Shown here in pieces: positions 28,462-42,408 of a stretch of DNA of 64,000 nucleotides. Under the pieces are notes generated by a model. It had not been told where the DNA came from. It did no database searches and saw only the letters and a list, made by a program, of their open reading frames with translations. Location: contig OZ024763.1 in assembly GCA_964016885.1 (NCBI GenBank), positions 22,320,001-22,384,000 on the forward strand. Reading direction: 5' to 3'. Every line of letters starts with the position of its first letter. Positions within the stretch are counted from its first letter, which is position 1. Position numbers and translations under genes: made by a program. Origin of the DNA: Eledone cirrhosa (lineage: Eukaryota).

Positions 28462-31400
28462 TATGTATATATATATATATGTGTGTGTATATATTATATT
28501 ATATATTAACTTTGCCTTTCATCCTTACGGGGTCGATAAAATAAAGTACCAGTAATACACTGAGATAATTGCTGGCCTTGTGCCAAAAGTAGAAACAATT
28601 ATTTACACACATATATATATATATACACACACACATATGGACCTAGTCATCATTTAAATTGTATTATAAAGATGAAATTATATTTAGTTGACGTCAAATT
28701 AAAATTTTACGAAAGTTAATCCACGCATGCGCCTCACGTATTTTCCCAACAAGGTTTTCTAATCCTAACTTTAAAACTGACTTTTGTTAAGATAAATCCC
28801 CGTTGAGTATTTATTTTCAAGAAATGCCTGAAAGATTTAACTGGATAAAAAGAACAAAAAACTAAAACCCACTCTACAATAACTTCGTCATTCAAAGAAA
28901 CATAAAAAAAAACGAAAACAAGATTCATTAATTTACAGCTTGTAGGAAACATAAGAAATATATACAGTGGTAAGAAACTCCTAGGAGAGCCGTATAGCAG
29001 AGAAGAAACCCAGCCTTCAGAGAAGAAACCCACTCAAGCGAGTGTTTGGGCCATTAACTTATATATATATATATATACTGGTAAGAAACTCCCAGGAGAG
29101 CTGGACAACAGAAAGTCTAAAGAGAAGAAACTCCATCTCAAGTCAGTGTTTCGGCCATTAATTTATATATATAGTGGTACGAAGCTGCCAAAAAAGCTGG
29201 ACAACAGAAGGCCTTCAGAAAAGAAACCTCATCTCAAGTAAGTGTTTCGAACCTTAGCTATCATATACACTAATAAATATTACAATCAATATCCATGTAT
29301 ATGATATTGCACATACTTAAATATGGAATGTTACGCAATGGGGCCACTCCAACTCGCTGGCCAGCTCAGCGTCTATGGTGGTGAGTAGGGAGGTAGCCCT
29401 AGAGCCGAGGACACCTGAAGTTTCCACTGCCAGGGGTATATTGCCTGTACAGGTAATCAAAGTGTGTATACAAATTTTTTTGAGGGGGTGTATTCTGTAT
29501 ATACAGTGTTAAGAAACTCTCAGGAGAGCTGGACAGCAGAAGGTCTTCAGAAAAGAAATACCATCTCAAGTAAGTGTTTCGGCCATATTTAGTGGTAAGA
29601 AACTCTCAGGAGAGCTGGACAGCTCTCACCTCCTCAAACGAATGTTTCGGCCTTTTAAATTCTAAAGTTTCTATAATAACTTCGTTATTCAAAGAAACAC
29701 AGTTAAAAAGAAAAGAAATCGAAAACAAAACTAAGATGGCTTAATTCCAGCTTGTTACATAACTTATTGGGGAGAAATAGTTGAAACACCATGGGAGTAA
29801 AATTGATCACATACAGTAAATTCTTGGGTAATTATGATTATAGAAGAAAAACCGAGATAAAACAGTTATTTTTTTACAAAAGTAGAAACAATTATTTATT
29901 TATTTATACATCTAAGGTCGTACATTGAGCTTAATCCATCATACCAATAAAAATACTGAACTATTACACTATAGACATATATATATATAATGTGTGTTGT
30001 TGAAATTGTCGGTTAATGGGACGTCCTCCATGTTTATTCCATACAAGTTTAGTACTGAGATCGATTCTTCTTCTATATATCTTTTTCACTTCTGTCTACC
30101 ATTCTCTATATCTCTTTCTCACTTCCATTCTCTCACACGTTGTATCCTTCTCTTCAAGCTCTGGAGAAAGAGATGCGTTCCACAGGGGTTAAAAATACCC
30201 CAAGAAACTCTGTATGTCAATATGGTGCCCCTACGACTCCATCACAAGTTACTCTATCATGCCATACCATAGCAGGAATGGAATGTTATTTACAGTTAAT
30301 CTGGTGACAAACATGAACATGTTTATTAAAGTTCATGGGTGGGAAATTATATTAATATCTTCCTATCGTAAAAATTAGACTCACATACGATTAATATTTG
30401 GTTAAAATGTTAATCGTATGTGAGTCGATAAAATAAAGTACCAGTAATGCACTGGGTAATTTGCTGGCCTTGTGCCTAAAGTAGAAACAATATTTGGTTA
30501 AAATGTTACTAGAACATTCGTCTCTGACTGGTGTTATTGTACAAATTAGACTAGCGGACAATATTTGGTTAAAATTTTACTATTACACCCGTTTCCGTGA
30601 CGGGTCTTATAGTGAAAATTAAACTTAGGGTCAATATTTAATTAAATTTTTTATTATTACACCCGTCGTTGAGACAGATGTAAATAATAAGTAATAGACC
30701 CATGGCTCTCAGCTGGAAAAAAGTAGTTATACCCGTAATTAGAAGGGCCAGCCTTATTACATTCTGTGTCACGCTGAATCTCCCTGAGAACTACGTTATG
30801 GTTACGCATGTCTGTGCTCATAAAAATAATATACACACGAACGATATTTAGTCATTTTCTTTACTATAACACCTGTCTCTTTGCCTTTCATCCATTCGAG
30901 GTCTTATACTTGAGAGGGTCGTGGGGCAGAGTCCTCAAACACTCCCACCAGCCGGTCCTGTCAGAAGCAACCAACTATCTGGCTGGATCCCCAAGCATGA
31001 CCAGCCAATCTCATGGATGTTATCCAACCATCTTGCTCAGGGTCTATCCCTGGTTCTCTTACCAATTGGTTTTCCCCTTAAAATCTGTCCAGCAATTCTT
31101 TCCTGAGACATTCTAACCACATGTCTCAGGAAAGAATCGAGGTTGATAGAAAAAAAGTACCAGTCAAGTACTGTGGTTGATTCTTCCTCTATATCCCTTT
31201 CTCACTTCCATTCTCTCTCTCACACTTTCTATCATTCCCTGGAAGAAATCTGCTGTATTCAGACCTGGAGAAATGGGCTCTGTCGGGTTTAAAAATACCT
31301 TAGAAACGCCACATGTCAATACGCCCCTATTATTTGCTTACGACTGTCTTGAAACCGGGGGTTCATGAGACCAATGCTTATCCTGGTTTCCGTGGCGTTA

Positions 31401-32692
31401 AGCGACTGAGAGTACAAGACACCCACCCCTCCTGGACAGGATGTCAGTCAATCGTAGCGTTATAGCCCCAGCTATTGCTGCTAGTACTCGTGGACCTCCT
31501 CCTGAGCAGGACGGCAGTCAATCGCAGGGTTAAAGTCTGTATTGAGCCTCAGAAGCTCATCAGACTGGTACTTATCCCATAGTGTGTAGCGACTGAGAGT
31601 ACAAGACTTCCCCCTGGACAGGACACCACTCCATCACAGGGTTAAGCCCCCCACTGGAGTAAGATGAAATGAAGTGTTTTGCTCAAGAACACAACACACA
31701 ACCTAGCTCAGGAATCGAACTCAACCCATTATGATCGTAAATCCAACACCCTCTTACCACTAGGCCATAGTTCTCCACCCCCTATTATTTTAAAGTTGCT
31801 ATATTTCAATCTTCTATATCTGCAGCATTCAATATATCACTTGAAGGAAGGACACAATGAATGTTGGTGACTGTGGACCCAATATTGTTTAAACAGAACT
31901 ATCAAATGATACTACACATGCTCATGAAAATGTTTGTAGGCGTATATTGATTATCTTCACTTCTGGTAAGTTACTTTCAATTCTTTTGTGACTTAAAATA
32001 GGATTTAACCTTGCTGTTTTATTTTCAGTAAATATATTTTTGTACATACCTGGGATCGATGAAGAAGAGTATCATTTCATCATCATTTCATTTTTACGTC
32101 TGCTTTTTCCCTGCTTGCAAGGGTGGGACGGGAACTGATTCTGGCTTGATTTCTACAGCTGGATGCCCTTCCTAACACCAACCTCATTTACAGTGAGTGC
32201 TGGGTGCTTTTTTGCCGTGGTACCTCCACGACCACTTTACAGTGGAATGATAGGGACTCCAGTCCCTATCATCTCATTTCTACAGCTGAGTAAACTGGAG
32301 CAATGTGAAATAAAGTGTCTTGCTCAAGGAAACACATCACCCGCTCCCTATTTTGAATATATATATATGTGTATATTCACTTAATATTAGCGATTGCCAA
32401 CCATTTTACAGAGTTTACTGATTGCATTTTATTGTAGCATAAATGCGAGAGATGTTGACAGATCTCATAAAGGTCCCCTCTACCCTATGTTATCTGTTTG
32501 TTTGTCCACCACTCTACAAGAGGGTGTATTTCAGAGGAGGGGTTATCTTGTCCACTACATGTGCATCATCTCAGATCTTTCATCGCATATACTTCTACTG
32601 TCAAGTAGGTTGTGTCTTTTCTCACTCAGCAAGCCACTAGTCAACATGATTCTGTGTCATCTCCTTTATGAAGTTTAGTTTCTTGAAGTTAA

Positions 32693-33012
32693 GGTGCGTG
32701 GCCTTGTGGTTAGGGTATTCGGCTTACAATCGTAAGGTCATAAGTTTGATTCCTGGCAGTGTATTGTGTCCTTGAGCAAGACACTTTTTTTCATGTTGCT
32801 CCAGTCCACTCAGCTGGCAAAAATGAGTTGTACCTGTAATTTGAAGGGCCAGCCTTGTCACATTCTGTGCCACGCTGAATCTTCCTGAGAACTTCATTAA
32901 GAGTATGCGTGTCTGTGAAAGGCTCAGCCACTTGCACATTAATTTCACAAGTAAGCTGTTCTATTGATCGTATCAACTGGAACACTCGTCGTCATAACTG
33001 AAGAAGTGCCAG
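32693..33012 (+). mobile_element. Third tRNA-derived SINE (copies 4683-4855, 27830-28100, 30700-30820)
   Basis: tRNA-like head, then TGTGTCCTTGAGCAAGACACT core and a shared body GAAGGGCCAGCCTTGTCACA...CTGAGAACT. Confidence 0.72.
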
Positions 33013-34602
33013 TTACTTAGTTTCTTGAAGTCAAGCTGCTTATTTATTTTGAGAACAATACCTCAACATAAGTAGGAGCAGCCAATTACGGCCGGTTTGA
33101 ACAGAAAGAGGTGAGAGAATTCTGACCATATATGGCTGGTTTAACCCTTTAGTATTTACATTACTCTATATTTACTATTATATTTTCATGGTAAAGGCTT
33201 TACCTCACATAATTATCTCAGATAATATCGAATCTATGAGATTCTGATATTATTTATTTTAAGAATAATACCTCAACATAAGTATGAGGGGCCAGTTACG
33301 GACGGTTTGAACAGAAAGAAGTGAGAGAATTCTGGCCGGTTTAAATGCTAAAGGGTTTATACAACTTTCGCTCTCCTTATGCAATCTTCTCTCTTGCACT
33401 CAGTAATTTTGTCATCACTTGTGCTTCATCATTCACACACACACTAAACACTACACATCCAGCGGAGCATGCTTGCTTCGTTCCTTTCTTTTTGAGTAAT
33501 CCCTCCATCGAAGGTGAAGCATTCATTTTGCTTTTTCTAATGGTTAGAATATATGCAGCTTGTCACACCTGCATACTCATCAGATTTCTCTGCTAACTGG
33601 AGCAGTTGTGCCAACCCACTGTTGAATTAATAGTCGATCATCTGCAAAGCCATTGGTGTTCATGATGCTGAGGTCATCTAATAAAACTGATCATTGCCAC
33701 ATGAACTACTGCTTACTATGAGATAAGCAGGATTTTTACCGAGTCTCACTCCTCTAGATCCGACTTGTTCTGCTAGATTATCCTATGATAACTATATCAG
33801 AGACATCTCATGTAGGATGTGGCTTTTCATCATGCAGGTCAGTCTTCAAACTGAGAGAGGCTAGTTGCTCAGCTTGAGTGAGCATATATTCCTTTCCAGT
33901 CATGGCCCACATCTTGCTGCCATGCGACAGTACAGTTCAAACACAAGCGTCATATAATCTGGCCGTCACTCTGAAAATATGACAGATAAAAACTGAGAGA
34001 AAGGAGAATAGTTAGAAAGAGACAAGGCAAAAGAAGTAGAGTGAATAAAAAGTAGAAGAAACCAGTTTTATTTAAAATTTGAAGTAGATGTGTTATTCGT
34101 AGGACTGGCGATCCAATAATTAATATACACCTATAGATACCTGTGCATATGGCTAAAACAAACTGAATAAGATATATAATTATTCACAAAAACAGTTCAT
34201 TGCAAAACCCTTATTCAGTAATCTTCTACAGTAACTCATAGTGCATCCAATTTCAGGAGAATATACAGAGATTTTGTAAGGTGTGCAAAAATATATTACT
34301 TTCATGAAACACCCAGGCATCGCCGGGTACCTCTGCTAGTATAGAATATAATTGAACATAACAAATTAAATATAATTTTGATATTACTTTAAAAATCCTG
34401 AAAACATATTTTCTGAACAACTACTGTTAATCGTATTTCCAACAAATGAAATTACATATTGAAAAAATTTAAATATACAAATATGTATAAAATAGAACTA
34501 ATTTTCTATTATATATTAAAAAAAAATATAGACACACATAAATAAATATATATATATAAATGTATATGTATGTCCATTTATATTTATGTATATATAAATG
34601 TA

Positions 34603-34802
34603 CAAGGGTAGGCAGAAAAGTTCATAGGTTGACTAAGATACATCTCATGGAATGACCAAATTAGGTTTATTTTTCAACATGGTCCCTGGAAAGAAACAAT
34701 GCAGTTATTAATAAGAAGAGTTGAAATTAATGCATGCAAGATTTCAGAGCTTTCGCATCAATCCTTCATAGTCAGCCTATGAACTTTTCAGCCCTCGCCT
34801 CG
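34603..34802. mobile_element. Mariner-like MITE family (other copies near 290-430, 10010-10180, 26683-26940, 28150-28340)
   Basis: Inverted ends GAAAAGTTCATAGGTTGACTA / TAGTCAGCCTATGAACTTTTC; the shared interior CTCATGGAATGACCAAA recurs across the window. Confidence 0.75.
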
Positions 34803-34823
34803 TATATACATACACAAATGTAC

Positions 34824-34890
<67 letters not shown>

Positions 34891-35303
34891 GTTATTCCGG
34901 GTTATATATTTATGTGTATACATACATAAATGTACATATATATTATATATATACACATACATAAATGTACATATATATTATATATATACGCATACATACA
35001 TAAATATATATTTATATATATATATCATTTATATGTATGTATGTTAAAAAAAAATTTCATTTATAAATCAAATTACAACAGCAGCAATAACAACAACAAC
35101 AACAACAACAGGACATTCCAGGTTTATTGTAATAAAAACACTGAAAATCCCTGAGATGTTTAAAATTTATCTATGGGGTGGGGTTAGGGGATATGTATCA
35201 ATCACACATTTTAGAGTGGTTAGGATATCATTATTGCCAGCTCTCACTCCTCCTACACCTAAAAATGCCATAAAATTGTTAGTGTATGTAACTCTATACC
35301 TAG

Positions 35304-35334
<31 letters not shown>

Positions 35335-35627
35335 CACACATACACACACAATCTCATCACAACTGTCTCTCTGTTTATGTATATATATATACACACACAC
35401 AGAATAAATAGTTCAAAGGTGAAAGTAAAAATGCTTTGCTTAAAATTTTAATCTGTTCAACTTATATATATACATACACACAGAGACACACAGACACACA
35501 TATATATACATACACACACACACACAATACACAAATATATATATATATATATATATACATACATGTATTCAGCCATTGTGTGCAAACAAAAACAAATGTA
35601 CAATAAGTCATTGTAGCCATTAATGTG

Positions 35628-35671
<44 letters not shown>

Positions 35672-35689
35672 TATCTCCTCACAACTATC

Positions 35690-35739
<50 letters not shown>

Positions 35740-35761
35740 TACATATCTCCTCACAACTATC

Positions 35762-35813
<52 letters not shown>

Positions 35814-35891
35814 TACATATCTCCTCACAACTATCTGTGTGTGTGTATATATATATACACACACACACATACATATCTCCTCACAACTATC

Positions 35892-35943
<52 letters not shown>

Positions 35944-36169
35944 TACATATCTCCTCACAACTATCTGTGTGTGTGTATATATATGTGTGGGTGTTTACTT
36001 AGAGAGACTATTGGTATCTGGCAGTAGTATTGTTAGTGATGGACAGGTACACTGGTTCTCACCTGATCTGTCCTAAAATCCCCCATTTGCAGCCCCTCCA
36101 TCCACCCTGGCCACTGCTTCAGCTGGAAGGAGCTAAACTTAGTGAGATGAATAACTGGACACTCAGAAG

Positions 36170-37035
36170 AGATGGACACTGCCATATATTTCTAAGGCCC
36201 CCTAAAATGCCATTATGGGCACACCAGAGTTAAACACCAAAAGTGGTACCCCCCAACAACCGATTGCACCCAGTAAACTGTTTCTATTGGTAAGCTAAGC
36301 TTAATTAAGGACTGGCTGGACACTGCCAAACATTTCTAAGGCTCACTGAACCACCATGATGGACACACCAGAGTTAAACATCCAAAGCAGCACCCCAATG
36401 GATTGGACACCTGGAGAGGAGATGGACATGCCAGATGTAAATGTCAAGAACCACTGGCTGCACCCAGAAAACTGCTTCTATTGTCAGGAAAAGCTTAGTT
36501 AAGGACTGGCTGGACTTTCAGAGAGGAGATATACACCGGAAAACATTTCTAAGGCTCACTGAATTGCCATAACAGACACACCAGGGTTAAACGTTATCAG
36601 CGGCACCCCGATGACTGGCTGGACTTTCAGAGAGGAGATATACACCGGAAAACATTTCTAAGGCTCACTGAATTGCCATAACAGACACACCAGGGTTAAA
36701 CGTTATCAGCGGCAACCCGATGACTGGCTGGGCTTTTAGAGAGGAGATATACACCGGCAAACCGGCAAACATTTCTAAGGCTCACTGAATTGCCATGACA
36801 GACACACCAGGGTTAAACGTTATGAGCGGCACCCCGACGACTGGCTGGACACAGCCAAACATTTCTTAGGTCCACTGAAATACCATGACAGACACATCAT
36901 AGTTAAACATGAAAAGTGGCACCCCAACGACTGGTTGTACCCAGTAAACTGCTTCTATTGGTCGGCTAAACTTAGCTAAGGACTGGCTGGACATTCGGAG
37001 TGGAGATAGACACCGGCAAACATTTCTAAGGCCTA
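36170..37035. repeat. Diverged minisatellite with internal near-perfect units of about 110 bp
   Basis: Recurrent GACTGGCTGGAC...AAACATTTCTAAGGCTCACTGAATTGCCAT...CACCAGGGTTAAAC. Confidence 0.85.
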
Positions 37036-38109
37036 CTAAATTCTCAATAAAAAAATAACATGAAGGATCGGCCAAGACCCAGAAAACCAAAGACCAAACT
37101 CTCCACTGGTATTAGTCCTAAGGGTGAAGGCAATAAATGTATAACTGGGACAACAACAATGACAACAACAACAACAGTAACAGCCACATCAACAACCAGC
37201 AACCTTTCCCGTCTGATGATGATGATGATGATGATGATGTGAGAATGTGTGTGTGTGTATATATGTATGTGTGCGAGAGCATGTATTTCTGTTAACTCTT
37301 ATAGTTTGTTTTAGCTACAACTAAGGCCATGCTGGAGCGCTGTGTATGTGATGAGTATGTATGTAAATTCTAAGTTTGTACGTAATGGTTTTTGATTTAG
37401 GGGAAGGGAAAATCAATTAAATTGATCCCATAAGGATGAGAGGCAAAGCTAACAATGAGATTTCAAATCAGAACATGAAGGGACGTAACTCTATGCTGCA
37501 AAGCATATCTCACACTCTACCGATATTGCCAATAATAATGGTTTCTGAATTAAGCACAAGGCCAACAATTTTTAGGGAAAGGGAAAGTCGATTAAATCGA
37601 CCCCAGTGCATTACTGGTTCTTTATTTTACCAACTTCCCATTTGGATGAAAGGCAAAGCTAACCTCGGCAGGATTTGAACTCAGAATGTAAAGGGCCGTA
37701 ACTCAATGCCACAAAGCATGTCCGACGCTCCACTGATACTGCCAATCCATCAGTAATAATAATAATAATAACAATAATAATGTTTTAACATTTGTGTTTC
37801 CATAGCAACGTAACTAAAATACCTCAAATCATTCTAGCCAGAATGCTACTGCTTCTGTTACCCAGGGTCTGTCCATTAAATGCTAGATAATTCTTTCTCA
37901 CAACAACCCCCTAGTATTTCACTGGTACTTTTTTTTTATTGACCTGGAACAGATGAAAGGCAAAGTTTACCTTGGCAGGATTTGACCTCAGAACGTAGAA
38001 AGTCATAACTAAATGCCGTAAAGCATTTTGTCCAATGCTCTACCGATTCTGCCAGTCCACTGACTTCTAAATTTAATGCTACTTCCATAAAAGATCATCT
38101 CTGAGAATT

Positions 38110-38392
38110 TACACTTCTAGGAGTGCGTTCCACTAGAATTACACTTTCACAAGTGTGTTCCAAGGACCTACACTTCCGGGAGAATGTTTTGAGGCTATAC
38201 ACTTCTCAGAGAGTGTATGTTCCAATGGTTTACACTTCCTGGAGTATGTTCCAAGGGTTTACACTTTCTACAGATCCGGATGTGTGTTCCAAAGCTTTAC
38301 ACTCCCAGGTGTGCGTTCCAAAGATTTACACTTCCAGGTGTGTGTGCCAAAGCTTTACACTCCCAGGAGTGCGTTTCAAGGATCTACACTTG
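38110..38392. repeat. About 29-bp tandem repeat, roughly 10 copies
   Basis: TTTACACT(T/C)CCAGG(T/A)GTG(T/C)GTTCCAA units. Confidence 0.85.
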
Positions 38393-39531
38393 TGTTATAC
38401 GAGTTAAAATCCATGTGAAAGCTTCTGTTGTCCAAGCAAATAAAGCTTGTATTATATGATTTGAACTCAGAGCTGCTTTGTAAACCAATGAAACACTCAT
38501 CAACCAGCTGCTATGCAAGCGCTCCCATAGATTACAGGCAGAAGCAGTTTTGGGGGTAAAAGTGAAGAGAAGAATAAATGAAAATGCTAAAAGTTTTCAG
38601 TTACTGTTTTACTCTTTAACATGTTCCAGCCAACAGGCTGAGGCCATGCTGGGGCACTGCCAGTTACCAAAAAGAAAAAAAAAAAAAAACCTGAATTAAA
38701 AAAAAAAAAAAACTTATAAAAAAATTTTTTTGATTTGATTTGGTTGAGTAAAAAAAAAACAACAACAAAAACAATAGAAAATACAAACAACAAAAAACAT
38801 AAAAGATATAAAAAATTTGCAATATAAACAGTTAAAGAAAATAGAGGGGGGAGGGGGGGGTCTTCATAAAATCCAACAATAAATTCCCTCCCTCCTTCAT
38901 CAGCCCCGATATATATTATGTACGAGACCCCTAACTTTTAAAAGAGTTGTAGGGGCATTGTAATGACGCACAGCGTTTCTTGGGCACTTTAGTTTTAAAC
39001 CTTCAGCCCCAATATACAGTGTACCCCGACATTCGTGGTCCCAGTTATTTGGGGAATCGTAATTATTTGCCCCGATTTTTAATGGCATTTTTCACGCTTT
39101 TTAATGCTAAATTATTAATAACAATATATCGTATTTGCCAGCCTATATTTTATGTTGTTTTGATGTTTATAGGCATTTCTATGGACTACGTCCAATATTC
39201 GCATTTTTTCACTCTTTGTGGGTGCTTTAGGATCGTAACCCCCGTGAATACCGAGGGACAACTATATAAGGTGAGTCATAAGTAACTGGACAGTCCAACA
39301 TTTATATTCCAAATAATATTATTTACTAAAATTCTGGTTATACATTTATCATCGTTTTTACATCCATTTTCCCATGCTTGCATGGATTGCAGGGGCCCTT
39401 TTTCAGCACAGCTTCTCTCCCCTCACCATATTCCTTTGTCATCTCCTCTGTAAGTCCTAGCTATTTGAGATCAGTTCCTACCAACTCTGCCCAGATCTTT
39501 GTCTACCTCAACTTGGATCTCAATGAAATTT

Positions 39532-39746
39532 TTAACCCTTTAGTATTTAAACCGGCTGTATCCAGCCAGAATTCTCTCACCTCTTTCTGTCTAAACCAGC
39601 TGTAAATGGCCACTCACACTGATGTTAAGGTATCGTTCTCAAAATAAATAGTACCAAAATCTCGTAGATTCCATATTATGTGAGGTAAAGCCTTTACCGT
39701 GAAAATATAATAGTATACATAAAGTAATGTAAATGCTAAAGGGTTA
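39532..39746. mobile_element. TTAA-flanked (piggyBac-like) MITE family (copies about 33140-33358, 42490-42750, 42826-43033, 49703-49906, 53939-54170, 54470-54673)
   Basis: TTAA-CCCTTTAG(T/C)ATTTA...TAAATGCTAAAGGG-TTAA termini with a conserved interior of about 210 bp. Confidence 0.78.
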
Positions 39747-40822
39747 ATAAATTTATGAAGAGATGTACTAAAATTATTTTTTTCTCAAAATGTTCTTGTA
39801 AAACCAGGAGTCTTATACAAAGGAGTCGTCCAATAGGCCAGCAAGTATAGTATATTCCAAGTGACAGTATTATATTTACTAAAATTCTTGTCATACATTA
39901 CAAAATTATAAATACATCAAACAAAAGTTGTTAAAACAATAATAACCCTGGCTGATCACACACAAATAAGTGGATGTTCAAAAAGTTATCTATGAATCTT
40001 GAAAGAAAGATGTATGGACTGCCAGGTTACTTATAACTCGGTATTATGTGTATTTATGAGACCTGTAACTCCCAATGGAGATGAAGGGACGCCGTATTGA
40101 CATACAGCATTGACTGCCCTGTTACTTTTGATTCAGCCTGTATTATGTGTATTTATGAGACCCGTAATGCCCTTTGGAGTTGTAGGGGCGCTGTCGTGAC
40201 ATACAGCATTTCTTGGGCACTTTAATTTTAAACCTGACGAAGCCCATCTCCCTCTCTCTGGGTGTGAGTGATCACAGCCGATTTCTTCTATTCCAAAGAA
40301 AGAGTGAGAGAGAGAGAGTGTAATTGAGAAAGAGAGAGTGTGATAAAGAGGAGGTGAGCAAGAGAGAGAGATATAGAAGAAAAATCGACCCCAGTTCATG
40401 ACTGGTTTTGGTACTTTAATTTAATTTTTTTTTTAATCGACATTGAAAGAATGAAAGGCAAAGTTGACCTTGGCTGAATTTGAATTCAGAGAGTGTAGAA
40501 AGCCGGAAGAAATACCACAAAGTGTTCTGTCCGACATTACTAACAACTCTACCAATTTGCCACTTCCAATGTATTTTATATATTTATTTATTTATTAATT
40601 AATTAATTTGTTAACTAACAAGGAAAGAGAAAAAAAAAATAATAGAAAATAGAAAAAAACAACAATAAAACAACACAATCAAAAACGAATAATTTTTTTC
40701 TTTTTTTTTTCTGTCAATCTGTCTGTGTGTCTGTGTCTCTCTGTCTTCTCCTTAATTAAGATGGATTAGGAGTCTTGTGGCGGAGGAACAAGATGACTTT
40801 GCCAGAAGCTAAACACGATCCG

Positions 40823-42408
40823 TCACGAAGCTATTGAGAGAAGAGTAGATAGACTGTCAGGCAAACAGGGTATATTAGTATTATTATTAGTATTATTATT
40901 ATTAGTAGTAATAGTAATATTATTATTATTAGTTAACGTAGAAGAGGCGAGGAACATTTGATAGCAGTAGTAGTAGTAGCGTGACATAGCAGTTTGCACC
41001 TGTGATGCTGCCGCAGCGACAGCAGCAACAACAGCAGCAGTAGTAGTAGTAGTAGCAGCAGCACTAGACAAAGGGCTGCGGTCAAATGTTCGTTGGTGTT
41101 TTTGACAGAGCACATGACAATCAAAAGGAGCAGTAGTAGTAGCAGTATTAGTGGTTGGTTGTTGGTAGATTTCTGAACACAGTAGAGAAGATGGGTGCCA
41201 GCCCGTAGCCTGTGCATTTTTGCTTTTGCTTCTGTCAACAATCCAAGATTCAGTCAAACACAAGGAACATACTTTGTGGAGGCTGGAAAGTTTTAAGAAA
41301 GAAGTTAGAAAGTCAGGAAATTTAAGAAGCCTAAAATGGAAATTCTCGGAGGAACACAAAGAATTTAAAAGGTTGTGGTTCCTCGCAAAAGCTGTTAAGC
41401 CACCAGGATATTGATATGAAAGTTGAGCATTCTGTCGCCATAAATCAGTACTCCCCCACTGGTTGAGGGGTTCCCTCAGAGATATATAAACATCTGAACA
41501 GATTGGTGTTGGTGTTGGATGTAGGTTTGTTTTTGATTCTGAACAAGTAGTACACAAGAAAAGATCACCGGACAGTCGACACCTCGACAGGCTGTTGTTC
41601 CTCTTGTTACCTTTTACACAATTGCAAAATGTTTGTTGATTCAAGGACTTCGTCAACGCGACTTCAGATGACGATGAATTCAAACTGGAATATTCCAGAG
41701 AATCTTTAAATCCTGCCGTCTTCTTAAGAGCCTTCTCGTGTTTGCCACTGGAACAGCTACTATCAGTGTCTTCATTTTGATTTTGTGTGAGGTTCACTGC
41801 CCTCATTCTATAACTACTATCAGTGTCTTTATACTGTGACTGGTTTACTATCCTCATACTAGAGCTACTATCAATGTCTTGATTCTGTGAGTGGTTCACA
41901 ACCGTTTTATTATTGCTATCATATTTTGATTCAGACTCATGGGTTGCAACACATGAATCCATAGAAGGATTCCCTTGCTGCTGTTGGTGCTGGTGTTGCT
42001 GTTGTGGTGAAGAGGACGATGTTGTATTAGAGGAGCCACAGTTGCTGTTCCACATTGGAGAAGGTTCGTTTGGATTTTCGTCGTGCTTCTGGTTCTCTCC
42101 GTTTTCCCTGACGGCGTGGTTGAAAGCGGAATGTGGGTCGGACAGCTCCTCTCTGAAGAATACCACGATGACTGATATGTTGTCCTTGGAGCCATTCTCT
42201 CTGGCCGACTTGATGAGGCTCTCAGCTACAGTCGAGAACTGGCCGTTGTTTTTCTGTACATGGTTGTAGACCAAGTACGGCACCTTCTGTTTGTCAAGGT
42301 AATCCCAGGCACCGTCGCATGCCAACACCAGGTAATCTTCTGAACCTTCCAGCTCATAGGTAACTACATCAGCATCACTGCTAATACATGGCTTCTGATC
42401 AGCATCAC
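40823..42408 (-). CDS. PPM1E: PPM1E/F-like terminal exon: end of PP2C domain plus long low-complexity tail
   Basis: caacag|GT completes Gly, then DADQKPCISSDAD...EDYLVLACDGAWD...GSKDNISVIVVFF (DG and DN catalytic motifs). The frame stays open to TGA at 40825-40823. Confidence 0.93.
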
